DNA of 57,163 nucleotides from Burkholderiaceae bacterium (GTDB lineage Bacteria; Pseudomonadota; Gammaproteobacteria; Burkholderiales; Burkholderiaceae_B): NCBI GenBank assembly GCA_036834985.1, contig DAITMV010000002.1, positions 1 to 57,163 of the forward strand, read 5' to 3'. Shown piece by piece: positions 1 to 9,304 of this stretch (position 1 is its first letter; each line of letters starts with the position of its first letter). The notes under the pieces were generated by a model. It saw only the letters and a program-made list of their open reading frames with translations, ran no database searches and was not told where the DNA came from. The position numbers and the translations under genes were made by a program.

Positions 1-731
1 CCGCTACCCGGAGCGCCCAGCATCAGGACGTTGTGCTGGCCAGCGGCGGCGATTTCCAGTGCCCGCTTGGCGGCGGTTTGTCCGCGGACATCCTTGAAGT
101 CGCCGGTGTGAGTCTGGGTCATCACGGGCGTACTGGTGCAGGCGGACTGAAGGGGTACAGCAGCGCTCAGGCCTTCGCCATGGCCCACCAGATGTGCAGC
201 GGCCGCCAGCAGTGTATCCGCGCCGTAGACCTGAATGTCTGGATATACAGTGCTCACCCACGCCGCTTCCGGTGCGTTGGCGGCGGGTACCATGAGGCGG
301 GTGGGGCTGCTGCTGCCCTGAGCAAGGCTCGAGTGTCGGCGGGACATGGCCACGGCGATGGCCAGTGCGCCTCGGCTGGGCAGCAAGGCGCCCGAGAGCG
401 ACAGTTCACCGGCAAACTCCCACTCCGTGAGTGAGGCGTTGGGAAGTTGACCACTGGCCGCTGCAATGCCCAGAGCAATCGGTAGATCAAAACGTCCGGA
501 GCCTTTCGGCAGATCAGCGGGCGCCAGGTTGATCGTGATTCGGCGATTTGGAAATTCAAAACCGGAATTGAGCAGCGCGGATCGTACTCGCTCCCTGCTC
601 TCCCGCACTTCGGTGTCTGGTAATCCGACCAGCGTAAAGCCCGGTAGGCCGGCTGCCAGATGCACTTCGACCCGCACCTGAATCGACTCGGTACCTACAA
701 AGGCACGAGACAATAAAACCGCAAATGACAT
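1..731 (-). CDS. comM: Mg-chelatase-like ATPase ComM/YifB, N-terminal part (3' end runs off the window)
   Basis: Absent from the ORF track because there is no stop inside the window. Reverse complement from ATG at 731-729 reads MSFAVLLSRAFVGTESIQVRVEVHLAAGLPGFTLVGLPDTEVRE..., typical of the YifB/ComM N-terminal domain. The frame stays open to position 1. Confidence 0.85.
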   Translation of the reverse strand, partial: MSFAVLLSRAFVGTESIQVRVEVHLAAGLPGFTLVGLPDTEVRESRERVRSALLNSGFEFPNRRITINLAPADLPKGSGRFDLPIALGIAAASGQLPNASLTEWEFAGELSLSGALLPSRGALAIAVAMSRRHSSLAQGSSSPTRLMVPAANAPEAAWVSTVYPDIQVYGADTLLAAAAHLVGHGEGLSAAVPLQSACTSTPVMTQTHTGDFKDVRGQTAAKRALEIAAAGQHNVLMLGAPGS

Positions 732-846
732 GACGATGCACACAAAAACAGCCAGTGTGCGTGTTTAGCCACTGATGAATCGCGATGACGATTCTGATAT
801 GGGGAAGGGGATGCACCCATTGGGGCTGACTGATCCCCGGAACGAA

Positions 847-1095
847 CTATGGTGTGTCTTGAGATGTCCGGGCTTCAAGCTCAGCCATGCGCTTTTCCAG
901 TGCATCCAGCTTTTCTCTGGTGCGTAGCAAGACCTGTCGCTGAATCTCAAAATCTTCGGCTGAGACGAGCTCCAATTTCGCAAAACTTTGCTGTAACAGC
1001 TGTTTTAGCGGGTTATCGAGACCGGTGACCCCATTTGTTGCAAAAAGCTGACTTATTTTGGTTTGAATGTCATCCAAAAGAGTGACTTTATTCAT
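847..1095 (-). CDS. ubiK: ubiquinone biosynthesis accessory factor UbiK (YqiC/BMFP family) coiled-coil protein
   Basis: 82-aa ORF MNKVTLLDDIQTKISQLF...EKLDALEKRMAELEAR. Size, coiled-coil character and position next to glnK-amtB fit UbiK/YqiC. Confidence 0.8.
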   Translation of the reverse strand: MNKVTLLDDIQTKISQLFATNGVTGLDNPLKQLLQQSFAKLELVSAEDFEIQRQVLLRTREKLDALEKRMAELEARTSQDTP

Positions 1096-1171
1096 GAGTT
1101 AACCCCAGACTTTGATTGGACTGCAATTAAAGAAATCTTAAGGACATATTACTTTAATTGGGTTTTTACCG

Positions 1172-1214
1172 CGCACCGTCGTGGTGCCTTTCTAGGCTGC
1201 ATGGTTTTGGTGCA
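1172..1214 (+). promoter_or_regulatory. two tandem NtrC-type enhancer dyads
   Basis: cGCACCgtcgtGGTGCc (1172-1188) and TGCATGgttttGGTGCA (1198-1214) fit the TGCACC-N5-GGTGCA dyad. They lie about 70-115 nt upstream of the sigma-54 element. Confidence 0.6.
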
Positions 1215-1283
1215 TAAGTCTATCCGTTTTGAAGTCGTGCGCAAAAGCGGTGCGTCGATGGCAGGAATGCTGACGTTTGCAAG

Positions 1284-1300
1284 CTGGCACGATTCTCGCG
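1284..1300 (+). promoter_or_regulatory. sigma-54 (-24/-12) promoter
   Basis: cTGGCACgattcTCGCg has GG at 1286-1287 and GC at 1298-1299. This is the exact 12-nt register of TGGCAC-N5-TTGC, with one mismatch in the -12 box. It sits about 55 nt upstream of the porin ATG (1353). Confidence 0.6.
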
Positions 1301-1352
1301 AGATAGGTCGCACAGAGAATCAAAGGCATTTGTTAATTTTTTGGAGAGCAAT

Positions 1353-2183
1353 ATGAAAAAATTAATGTTGGCAAAAGCTGTCGCACTGGCCATCGTTTCT
1401 ATCCCCGCTGTATCCATGGCTGCTGACCCAGCGCCTGACTACACCTTGACCGGTAACGTTAACGTTTTTACCGACTATCGGTTCCGTGGCATTTCCCAGA
1501 CCGTTAAGGGCCCCGCGTTGCAAGGCGGTTTTGACTTTGCACACAAGAGCGGCTTTTACATCGGTAACTGGAACTCCAACGTATCTGGCGCCCAATACAA
1601 CGCGGGTAACGGTGCTGAAATGGACTTCTATGCAGGGTACAAGGGCGAAATCGGCTCAACCGGCATCAGCTATGACGTGGGCGATCTGTACTACTACTAC
1701 GATAAGGCACGCCTGGCCAAAACGGGCGGTGGTACCCAGCGTTATGACAACAACGAAGTGTATGCCAGCCTGGGCTACGGCCCTGTATCAGGTAAAGTGT
1801 CCTATGCAACCTCCGACTACTTTGGTCTGAATGGTTTCACCGTTCCTGCTCGTTCCTCCAACCCTGCCAACATCTATGGCCGTGGTTCTTCACGTGGCAC
1901 CGTGTACTCAGAAGTTAACTATTCTCAGGAAGTGTTGCCCAAGTTGACCCTGGTTGGCCACTTAGGCCACACCAGCGTTAAAAACTATGGTGCATTTAGC
2001 TACACCGACTACAAGGCCGGTGTCAGTTATGACCTGAATGGTTTTGCTCTGGGCGCGGCAGCCGTAGGCACCACCAGCTTGAATTCTGATGCCAAGACCG
2101 ACTTTTACAGCGCCACGTCCGGTACGGGCAACAAGCGCCTGTACAAGTCAACACTGGTGTTGTCTGTTGGTAAGACTTTCTAA
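1353..2183 (+). CDS. TorF-family putative outer-membrane porin (gcw_chp family) with signal peptide
   Basis: MKKLMLAKAVALAIVSIPAVSMA signal, then DYTLTGNVNVFTDYRFRGISQT...PALQGGFDF, the hallmark of this beta-barrel family. Start moved from TTG 1341 to ATG 1353, which follows GGAGAG. Confidence 0.8.
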   Translation: MKKLMLAKAVALAIVSIPAVSMAADPAPDYTLTGNVNVFTDYRFRGISQTVKGPALQGGFDFAHKSGFYIGNWNSNVSGAQYNAGNGAEMDFYAGYKGEIGSTGISYDVGDLYYYYDKARLAKTGGGTQRYDNNEVYASLGYGPVSGKVSYATSDYFGLNGFTVPARSSNPANIYGRGSSRGTVYSEVNYSQEVLPKLTLVGHLGHTSVKNYGAFSYTDYKAGVSYDLNGFALGAAAVGTTSLNSDAKTDFYSATSGTGNKRLYKSTLVLSVGKTF

Positions 2184-2220
2184 TCTATTCAGTAGCTTAG
2201 TAGTTTAAGTAAGAAAAAAC

Positions 2221-2238
2221 GCGGTGCCTTCGGGCACC
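2221..2238 (+). terminator. stable intercistronic hairpin (7-bp GC stem, TTCG loop) without U-tract
   Basis: CGGTGCC-TTCG-GGCACCG lies between the porin stop and glnK. No T-run follows, so it is more likely a partial terminator or RNA-stability element than a full terminator. Confidence 0.35.
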
Positions 2239-2245
2239 GTCCTAA

Positions 2246-2611
<366 letters not shown>

Positions 2612-2629
2612 GACTTCGTGAGGACTCAA

Positions 2630-4168
2630 ATGAAAAAGCTGCTATCGACATGGTTGGCAGCCGCGGCACTTAGTTGCGCGGCGATAGCGCCATCCGCCAT
2701 GGCCCAAGACAAACCAGCGGCCCCTGCCGCAGTCACTGCTCCGGCCCAGGCCACTCCTGCACCAGCTGCTCCTGCAGCACCCGCAGCGATGCCTGCAACG
2801 GCCGCCCCAGCGGTTGCTGCTGCCGCTCCAGCCGCACCTGCTGCTGCGCCCGCCCCTGTTCCCAACAAAGGCGATACCTCCTGGATGATTGTGGCGACCG
2901 CCATGGTTATTTTGATGACAATTCCCGGGTTGGCTTTGTTCTACGGCGGCTTGGTGCGAAGCAAGAACATGCTGTCTGTCCTGATGCAGACGTTCATGAT
3001 CTTTGCCGTGATCGTGGTGTTGTGGTCGATTTACGGGTATTCACTGGCATTCTCGGCCAGCGGCCCCTTTATTGGCAGCCTGGACAAATTGTTCCTCAAA
3101 GGCATCACACCCGACAGCGTTGCTGCAACTTTCAGCAAGGGTGTGGTGATTCCTGAATACATTTTTGTAGCGTTTCAGTCGACCTTTGCCGCGATTACTG
3201 CAGGCTTGATCATTGGTTCGTTTGCAGAACGTGCACGCTTCTCGGCTGTATTGTTGTTCTGTGTACTGTGGTTCACATTCAGCTACCTGCCCGTGGCACA
3301 CATGGTGTGGTACTGGGATGGTCCGGATGCGATCACTGATGCCAAGTCTTTGGACGTGGTCACTGCGAACGCAGGTTGGTTGTGGGCAAAGGGTGCACTT
3401 GATTTTGCAGGCGGTACCGTGGTTCACATCAACGCAGCGGTTGCTGGTTTGGTCGGTGCCTATGTGATCGGCAAGCGTACGGGCTACGGCAAAGAGTCCA
3501 TGGCGCCGCACAGCCTGACCATGACCATGATTGGTGCGTCACTGTTGTGGGTGGGCTGGTTTGGCTTTAACGCAGGTTCCAACCTCGAAGCAAACGGTGT
3601 AGCTGCCTTGGCATTCGTCAACACATTGCTGGCAACTGCAGCAGCGACGGTATCGTGGGTGTTCGGTGAGTGGCTGTCCAAAGGCAAGCCTTCCATGTTG
3701 GGTGGTGCATCTGGTGCTGTGGCTGGTCTGGTTGCGATTACACCGGCTTGCGGCTTTGTCGGTCCGATGGGTTCACTGATTATTGGTCTGTTGGCCGGTA
3801 TCATCTGCCTGTGGGGTGTCAACGGTCTGAAGCGTATGCTAGGTGCTGATGATGCGTTGGATGTTTTCGGTGTACACGGCGTGGGCGGTATCCTGGGTGC
3901 TCTGTTGACAGGCGTGTTTGCTGCACCTTCTCTGGGCGGCACTGGCATCTACGATTATGTGGCCAACGCAGTGAACCCTGAGTACAGCATTTCAGGCCAG
4001 GTGTGGATTCAGTTCCAGGGCGTTGTAACAACCATCGTCTGGTCGGGTGTTGTGTCATTCATCGCGTACAAGATTGTTGATCTGTTGATCGGCCTGCGTG
4101 TACCTGAAGATGAAGAACGCGAAGGCCTGGATATCACTTCACACGGTGAGTCTGCCTACCATAGCTAA
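2630..4168 (+). CDS. amtB: ammonium transporter AmtB with signal peptide and long Ala/Pro-rich N-terminal spacer
   Basis: Amt family signatures are present (DFAGGTVVHINAAVAGL, WFGFNAGS, VHGVGGILG). Start set at ATG 2630, which follows GAGGA. About 57 aa of AP-rich low complexity lies between the signal peptide and TM1. Confidence 0.93.
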   Translation: MKKLLSTWLAAAALSCAAIAPSAMAQDKPAAPAAVTAPAQATPAPAAPAAPAAMPATAAPAVAAAAPAAPAAAPAPVPNKGDTSWMIVATAMVILMTIPGLALFYGGLVRSKNMLSVLMQTFMIFAVIVVLWSIYGYSLAFSASGPFIGSLDKLFLKGITPDSVAATFSKGVVIPEYIFVAFQSTFAAITAGLIIGSFAERARFSAVLLFCVLWFTFSYLPVAHMVWYWDGPDAITDAKSLDVVTANAGWLWAKGALDFAGGTVVHINAAVAGLVGAYVIGKRTGYGKESMAPHSLTMTMIGASLLWVGWFGFNAGSNLEANGVAALAFVNTLLATAAATVSWVFGEWLSKGKPSMLGGASGAVAGLVAITPACGFVGPMGSLIIGLLAGIICLWGVNGLKRMLGADDALDVFGVHGVGGILGALLTGVFAAPSLGGTGIYDYVANAVNPEYSISGQVWIQFQGVVTTIVWSGVVSFIAYKIVDLLIGLRVPEDEEREGLDITSHGESAYHS

Positions 4169-4208
4169 ATCGCAGGATTATCCGTCGCAAGATGGATGAT
4201 AAAAACAA

Positions 4209-4242
4209 AGCGCCGACCAAGTGATTGATCGGCGCTTTTTTT
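4209..4242. terminator. rho-independent terminator, bidirectional layout
   Basis: AGCGCCGA...TCGGCGCT stem followed by TTTTTTT, with an A-run on the other side. It sits between the convergent amtB and TetR genes. Confidence 0.75.
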
Positions 4243-4273
4243 ATGGAGGCTCATGCGATCTGATGACGATGGA

Positions 4274-4891
4274 TCAAACGCTGTAGCGAAGTACATGGTT
4301 GTCGATCAAACGGTAGGCGTGGTTACGTTGCTCTGCATCCCGATGCTGAATGATGAGGTGTCGCAGCAGTCCCAACAAAAACACATGAGTTTCTGAGGCG
4401 GCCAGAGCACAGTCTGTCGCTGGTTTGATTTGCCCGGCATTGAGGGCCTTGTGGTAAAGGGTTTCGAATTTGCTGCACAGCGTGGCCGAACGCTCCCGTT
4501 GAACCGCAAAAGCCAGTTCGAAATCGGCGACATATTCACATTTGTAAAACAAAATCGTGAGAACCTCAAATACGCGGTTGTCATCAAAAACGGCACCAAC
4601 AATTCGCCGAAAGTAGCCGCGCAGTGCCGTGATGGGATCAGGCTGTTGGGGGCAGAGTTCCTCTTCGCCGCAGGGGTCAAACAGGGGAATGGCCACTTCG
4701 TCGCGAACGGCTGTAAACAGTTCGACCTTGTTGGCAAAGTGCCAGTACACCGCACCGCGGGTCATGCCCGCCGCTTTGGCGACGGTGTCCAGTGTGGTCC
4801 CGGCAACGCCGTGTTGCAAAAAGCAGGTACGCGCCGCGTCGACCAGTGACTGGCGTGTTTTATCGGCGTCTTCCTTGCATTTTCTGACCAT
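4274..4891 (-). CDS. TetR/AcrR family transcriptional repressor
   Basis: N-terminal HTH TRQSLVDAARTCFLQHGVAGTTLDTVAKAAGMTRGAVYWHFANKVELF. It is divergent from the RND operon. Confidence 0.9.
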   Translation of the reverse strand: MVRKCKEDADKTRQSLVDAARTCFLQHGVAGTTLDTVAKAAGMTRGAVYWHFANKVELFTAVRDEVAIPLFDPCGEEELCPQQPDPITALRGYFRRIVGAVFDDNRVFEVLTILFYKCEYVADFELAFAVQRERSATLCSKFETLYHKALNAGQIKPATDCALAASETHVFLLGLLRHLIIQHRDAEQRNHAYRLIDNHVLRYSV

Positions 4892-5041
4892 GGCGGCAAT
4901 TGGTTCGTATTAAAACTTGTTTACAAACATTCGTGTATGTATGTATTATGTCTCTAATCTTTGCACATTGCAACGCATGTGTTTTTTCCGGTGTTTGATG
5001 AGCCGGCTTGCGTCAACACAGTTATTCCATAAGGCAGTGAT

Positions 5042-6202
5042 ATGTCCGATCGCTCAATTATTCGTAAGTATCTGGTCGCCGTATCGGCGGTGGCTGTATT
5101 AACCGCTGGTGGCGTATTGTCGGGTTGCTCCAAGGCCCAGGGGGACGCTGGCAGCAAGGCCGCTGCATCCGGCGGGCCAAGCGGAGCTCCGTCGGCACTG
5201 CCAGCTGCGGTGTTAACGGTGGCACCTCAAACGGTGACGCTGACGCTGGATGCGGTGGGGCAAACCGAAGGGGCAAAAACAGTGGATGTACGGGCCCGTG
5301 TACAAGGCATTTTGCAGAAAAAGCTTTTCCAGGAAGGCGATAATGTTCGCGAGGGACAGGCTCTTTTTCAAATTGAGCGCGCGCCCTTTGAGGTCGCGTT
5401 GGCACAAGCAAAAGCCAATCTTGCCCAGGCCCAGGCCAAGCAGGAGCAGGCACAGCGTGAGCAAACCCGTCTGAAAGGATTGCTGGAGCAAAAAGCGATC
5501 AGCCAGCGCGAATTCGACGATGCCGATTCAAATGCCAAACTTAACGTCGCGGCTACGGCGGCGGCCCAGGCTCAAGTGCGTCAGGCTGAGTTGAATTTGA
5601 ATTACACCTTGGTCACCGCGCCTGTAGCGGGCGTGACAGGCCGTGCCTTGCAGTCTGAGGGCAGTTTGGTCAATCCGAGCGGTGCCGAGGGTTTATTGAC
5701 AACCCTGTCACAAGTCAATCCCATCTGGGTGCGGTTTAGTTTCAGTCCCTCTGAGGTGGCTAAATTGCCCAACCGTTCACCCAAAGACATCAAGCAGGTG
5801 CGTTTAATGATGCCCGATGGGTCGGATTACCCTGTGGACGGGGTCATCAACTTTGCGGCCAGCACGGTTGATCCGCGTTTGGGAACCATCAGCCTGCGCG
5901 CCGAGTTCAAAAATCCCCAAGGAGCCATTTTGCCGGGTCAGTTTGTGCGGGTCCGGGTCAGTGCCGGTCAGCAAGCCGATGCGGTCGCCATTCCACAAAG
6001 TGCCGTACTGCAGAACGATCAAGGGCGCTTTGTATGGGTCTTGGGAGCGGACAATAAAACTGCACCGCGCCCAGTGGTGGTGGGTGATTGGAGCGGCTCT
6101 AATTGGGTCATTCAGCAGGGCCTCAAAGCAGGCGATCGCGTGGTGATTGATAACCTGCTCAAGGTTCGTCCAGGCACAGTGATCAAACCGATTACACAAT
6201 AA
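5042..6202 (+). CDS. RND efflux periplasmic adaptor (membrane fusion protein), lipoprotein
   Basis: Lipobox LSGC, coiled-coil hairpin region (AQAKANLAQAQAKQEQAQRE), and YTLVTAPVAGVTG barrel motif. Confidence 0.9.
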   Translation: MSDRSIIRKYLVAVSAVAVLTAGGVLSGCSKAQGDAGSKAAASGGPSGAPSALPAAVLTVAPQTVTLTLDAVGQTEGAKTVDVRARVQGILQKKLFQEGDNVREGQALFQIERAPFEVALAQAKANLAQAQAKQEQAQREQTRLKGLLEQKAISQREFDDADSNAKLNVAATAAAQAQVRQAELNLNYTLVTAPVAGVTGRALQSEGSLVNPSGAEGLLTTLSQVNPIWVRFSFSPSEVAKLPNRSPKDIKQVRLMMPDGSDYPVDGVINFAASTVDPRLGTISLRAEFKNPQGAILPGQFVRVRVSAGQQADAVAIPQSAVLQNDQGRFVWVLGADNKTAPRPVVVGDWSGSNWVIQQGLKAGDRVVIDNLLKVRPGTVIKPITQ

Positions 6203-6211
6203 ACGGGGACC

Positions 6212-9200
6212 ATGATGAGTCAGTTTTTTATCAGACGCCCAATTTTTGCGTCGGTGATTTCGATCATATTCATTTTGGCGGGTATCGCCGGTTTGCGGGT
6301 GTTGCCCATTTCGCAGTATCCAGAGATTGCACCTCCTACGGTGACGGTCAGCGCGTCCTATCCGGGCGCCAGTGCTGAAACCCTGGCCAAGACCGTAGCC
6401 GCACCGATTGAGGAACAGCTCAACGGCGTGGAAAACATGCTGTACTTTAATTCGTCCAGCACATCCGACGGTACGCTGACCATCACCCTGACCTTTGAGT
6501 CTGGCACCAATGTGGACCAGGCGACGATTAACGTCAATAACCGGGTACAAACCGCCCTGCCCCGTTTGCCGGATCTGGTTCGTCAGACGGGTGTGACGGT
6601 TGCCAAACGGTCCAACGATCTGCTCCTGGTGGCGTCCATTCGATCCACCGACGGCAAATATGACAACCTGTTTTTGAGCAACTACGCGGCGATCAATATT
6701 CTGGATTCGATCAAGCGAATTCCCGGGATTGGCGAGGCCCGGATCATCGGTGCGCGTGACTATGGCATGCGTATCTGGCTCAAGCCTGATCGCATGGCGC
6801 AGCTTGGGATCACCACCACCGATATTGGGAATGCCATCAGAAGCCAGAACCAGCAATTTGCAGCCGGTAAAATTGGTCAAGAGCCAGCGCCTCCCGGGCA
6901 AAGTTTGGTATTTACAGTGACCGCGCAAGGCCGTCTGGTTGAGCCGGAGGAGTTTGGAAATATCGTACTGCGTGCAGATCCCAATTTGGGTGTGTTACGT
7001 ATCAAAGATGTGGCCCGTGTTGAACTGGACGCACAGAACTACGATATCCAAACCAAATTAAGCGGTAAGGCCAACACCACGATTGGCGTTTTTCTGCAGT
7101 CAGGTGCCAATGCCTTGGAGACAGCAAACCGCATTCGATCCACCTTTGAAGAATTGTCGACGCAGTTTCCCAAAGGAGTGGTGTGGGAAATTCCGTTTGA
7201 CACCACACGCGTGGTTAAAGAGTCCATCAAGGAAGTGATTTATACCCTGCTGGAAGCGGCACTGCTGGTGGTTATCGTGGTGTTCGTATTTTTGCAAAAC
7301 TGGCGTGCCACCCTGATTCCGATCATCGCGGTACCTGTGTCATTGATTGGTACCTTTGCCGGCCTGTATGTGTTGGGGTTTTCGATCAACACCTTGACCT
7401 TGTTTGCGATGGTGTTGGCCATCGGTATTGTGGTTGACGATGCCATCGTGGTGCTTGAAAACGTTGAGCGCATCATGAATGAGCAGGATCTAAACCCCAA
7501 GGATGCGGCGATCAAGGCAATGAAAGAAGTCTCGGGGGCGGTGGTGGCCATCGTGTTGGTGTTGTGCGCTGTGTTTATTCCGGTGGCGTTTTTAGGCGGA
7601 TTGTCAGGCAAGTTGTATCAACAGTTTGCGGTGACGATCTCGATTGCCGTGGTGATTTCAGGCATTGTGGCGCTGACATTAACCCCCGCCTTGTGTGCGT
7701 TGCTGCTCAAGCCTGCGCATCACACGCCTGCCATTTTTGTACCGTTCAACAAGTTCTTTGAGTTTTTGACAAATACCTACACCAGCAGCGTCAAACTGGC
7801 GATTCGCCGCTCGATGCTCTCCGCCGGTATTTTTGTTGCAGTGCTGGCGGGTGCTTTCCTGATGATTCGCTCGGTTCCAACCAGCTTTGTGCCGGTGGAG
7901 GATCAGGGCTATCTGATTGGGTCGATCATTCTTCCGGACGGAGCCAGTCTGGCGCGAACAACCGCGTTGACCGACAAGGTGCAGGCCATGAGCAATGCCG
8001 AATCGGCAGTGGAAAACGTGTTCATGCTCAATGGCCTGGATTTTATCGGTGGCGGTAACAAGACCAACGCTGCAACGATGTTTCTGCCGCTCAAACCGTG
8101 GGATGAGCGTGCGGTAGAGGCCCCTGATCTGGCCAAAAAACTGATGGGTAAGGCAGCAGGTGCATTCCGCGACGGCAACGTGCTGGTCATTAACCCACCG
8201 GCGATTCGGGGTTTGGGGTCATCGGGCGGCTTTGAGGTGTATGTGCAAAGCAAGGCCGACTCAAGCCCGGCGGCGCTGGCCGGTGCGATTCAGTCCTTCG
8301 TCACCGCGTTGCAGGCGCGTCCTGAGCTGGCGGGGGTCAACTCCTTTTTCCGGCCTACTGTGCCGCAGTTAAAAGCAGAAGTGGATCGCGAAAAAGCGAT
8401 TGCATTGGGTGTGCCGGTCTCGGATGTGTTTGATGCCTTGCAAGCCTCGATGGGCAGCCTGTATGTGAACGACTTTAACAAGTTTGGCCGCACCTACCGT
8501 GTGCAAATTCAGGCTGATCAGCAATATCGTTCAAAGCCTGAGGACCTGGGGCAGATTTATGTTCGCTCACAGGCCGGTACGATGATCCCGCTGTCTGCCT
8601 TGATGACCATCAAGAGTGTGGTGGGACCTGAGCAGATTGAACGTTTCAACGGATTTTTGGGGGCCAAAGTGATTGGTGGTTCTGCGCCAGGGGTGTCATC
8701 TGGCGAGGCCATTCAAATCATTGAAGAAACCGCTCGCAAGGTACTCCCCGCTGGTTATGACATCGCTTATACCGGACAGGCCTTCCAGGAAAAGCGTTCC
8801 TCCAGTTCATCGGTGATTGCTTTCGTGTTCGCGCTGGTCATGGTCTTTTTGATTCTCGCTGCGCAGTATGAAAAGTGGTCCCTCCCGATGGCGGTGATGC
8901 TGGCGGTGCCGTTTGCCATCCTGGGTGCCTTGGTGGCGGTTTGGTTACGTGGCATGAACAATGACATCTACTTTCAGATTGGATTGGTCACGCTGATTGG
9001 TTTGGCAGCTAAAAATGCGATTTTGATTGTGGAGTTTGCAGCACAAAAAATGGCTGAAGGCATGAGTGCAACCGACGCTGCGATTGAAGCGGCACGTTTG
9101 CGGTTCCGCCCAATCGTGATGACGTCGCTGGCCTTTGTGTTGGGCGTTTTGCCACTGGCCATTGCCTCGGGCGCAGGCGCAGGCGCACGGCGTTCCATGG

Positions 9201-9304
9201 GCACCGGGGTGTTGGGCGGCATGTTGGCGGCTACCTTTATTGCCACCATTTTTGTGCCTTTGTTTTTTAAGTGGTTATCTCGCACCAAGAAGGAGGTGCA
9301 GTGA
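6212..9304 (+). CDS. RND multidrug efflux permease (HAE1, AcrB/MexB-like)
   Basis: 1030 aa. MSQFFIRRPIFASVISI... N-terminus and 12-TM/large-loop architecture typical of AcrB. Confidence 0.93.
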   Translation: MMSQFFIRRPIFASVISIIFILAGIAGLRVLPISQYPEIAPPTVTVSASYPGASAETLAKTVAAPIEEQLNGVENMLYFNSSSTSDGTLTITLTFESGTNVDQATINVNNRVQTALPRLPDLVRQTGVTVAKRSNDLLLVASIRSTDGKYDNLFLSNYAAINILDSIKRIPGIGEARIIGARDYGMRIWLKPDRMAQLGITTTDIGNAIRSQNQQFAAGKIGQEPAPPGQSLVFTVTAQGRLVEPEEFGNIVLRADPNLGVLRIKDVARVELDAQNYDIQTKLSGKANTTIGVFLQSGANALETANRIRSTFEELSTQFPKGVVWEIPFDTTRVVKESIKEVIYTLLEAALLVVIVVFVFLQNWRATLIPIIAVPVSLIGTFAGLYVLGFSINTLTLFAMVLAIGIVVDDAIVVLENVERIMNEQDLNPKDAAIKAMKEVSGAVVAIVLVLCAVFIPVAFLGGLSGKLYQQFAVTISIAVVISGIVALTLTPALCALLLKPAHHTPAIFVPFNKFFEFLTNTYTSSVKLAIRRSMLSAGIFVAVLAGAFLMIRSVPTSFVPVEDQGYLIGSIILPDGASLARTTALTDKVQAMSNAESAVENVFMLNGLDFIGGGNKTNAATMFLPLKPWDERAVEAPDLAKKLMGKAAGAFRDGNVLVINPPAIRGLGSSGGFEVYVQSKADSSPAALAGAIQSFVTALQARPELAGVNSFFRPTVPQLKAEVDREKAIALGVPVSDVFDALQASMGSLYVNDFNKFGRTYRVQIQADQQYRSKPEDLGQIYVRSQAGTMIPLSALMTIKSVVGPEQIERFNGFLGAKVIGGSAPGVSSGEAIQIIEETARKVLPAGYDIAYTGQAFQEKRSSSSSVIAFVFALVMVFLILAAQYEKWSLPMAVMLAVPFAILGALVAVWLRGMNNDIYFQIGLVTLIGLAAKNAILIVEFAAQKMAEGMSATDAAIEAARLRFRPIVMTSLAFVLGVLPLAIASGAGAGARRSMGTGVLGGMLAATFIATIFVPLFFKWLSRTKKEVQ

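Noticed and set aside
2705-2875. Repetitive GCn/CCn DNA that could be taken for a tandem repeat or CRISPR-like array
   Set aside because: It lies in frame inside amtB and simply encodes Ala/Pro low complexity. There is no spacer/repeat periodicity.
5804-6928. 374-aa minus-strand ORF spanning the MFP/RND junction
   Set aside because: Antisense to two strongly supported efflux genes. Its Arg/Gly/Pro-rich composition is typical of shadow ORFs in high-GC DNA, and it has no recognisable motif.
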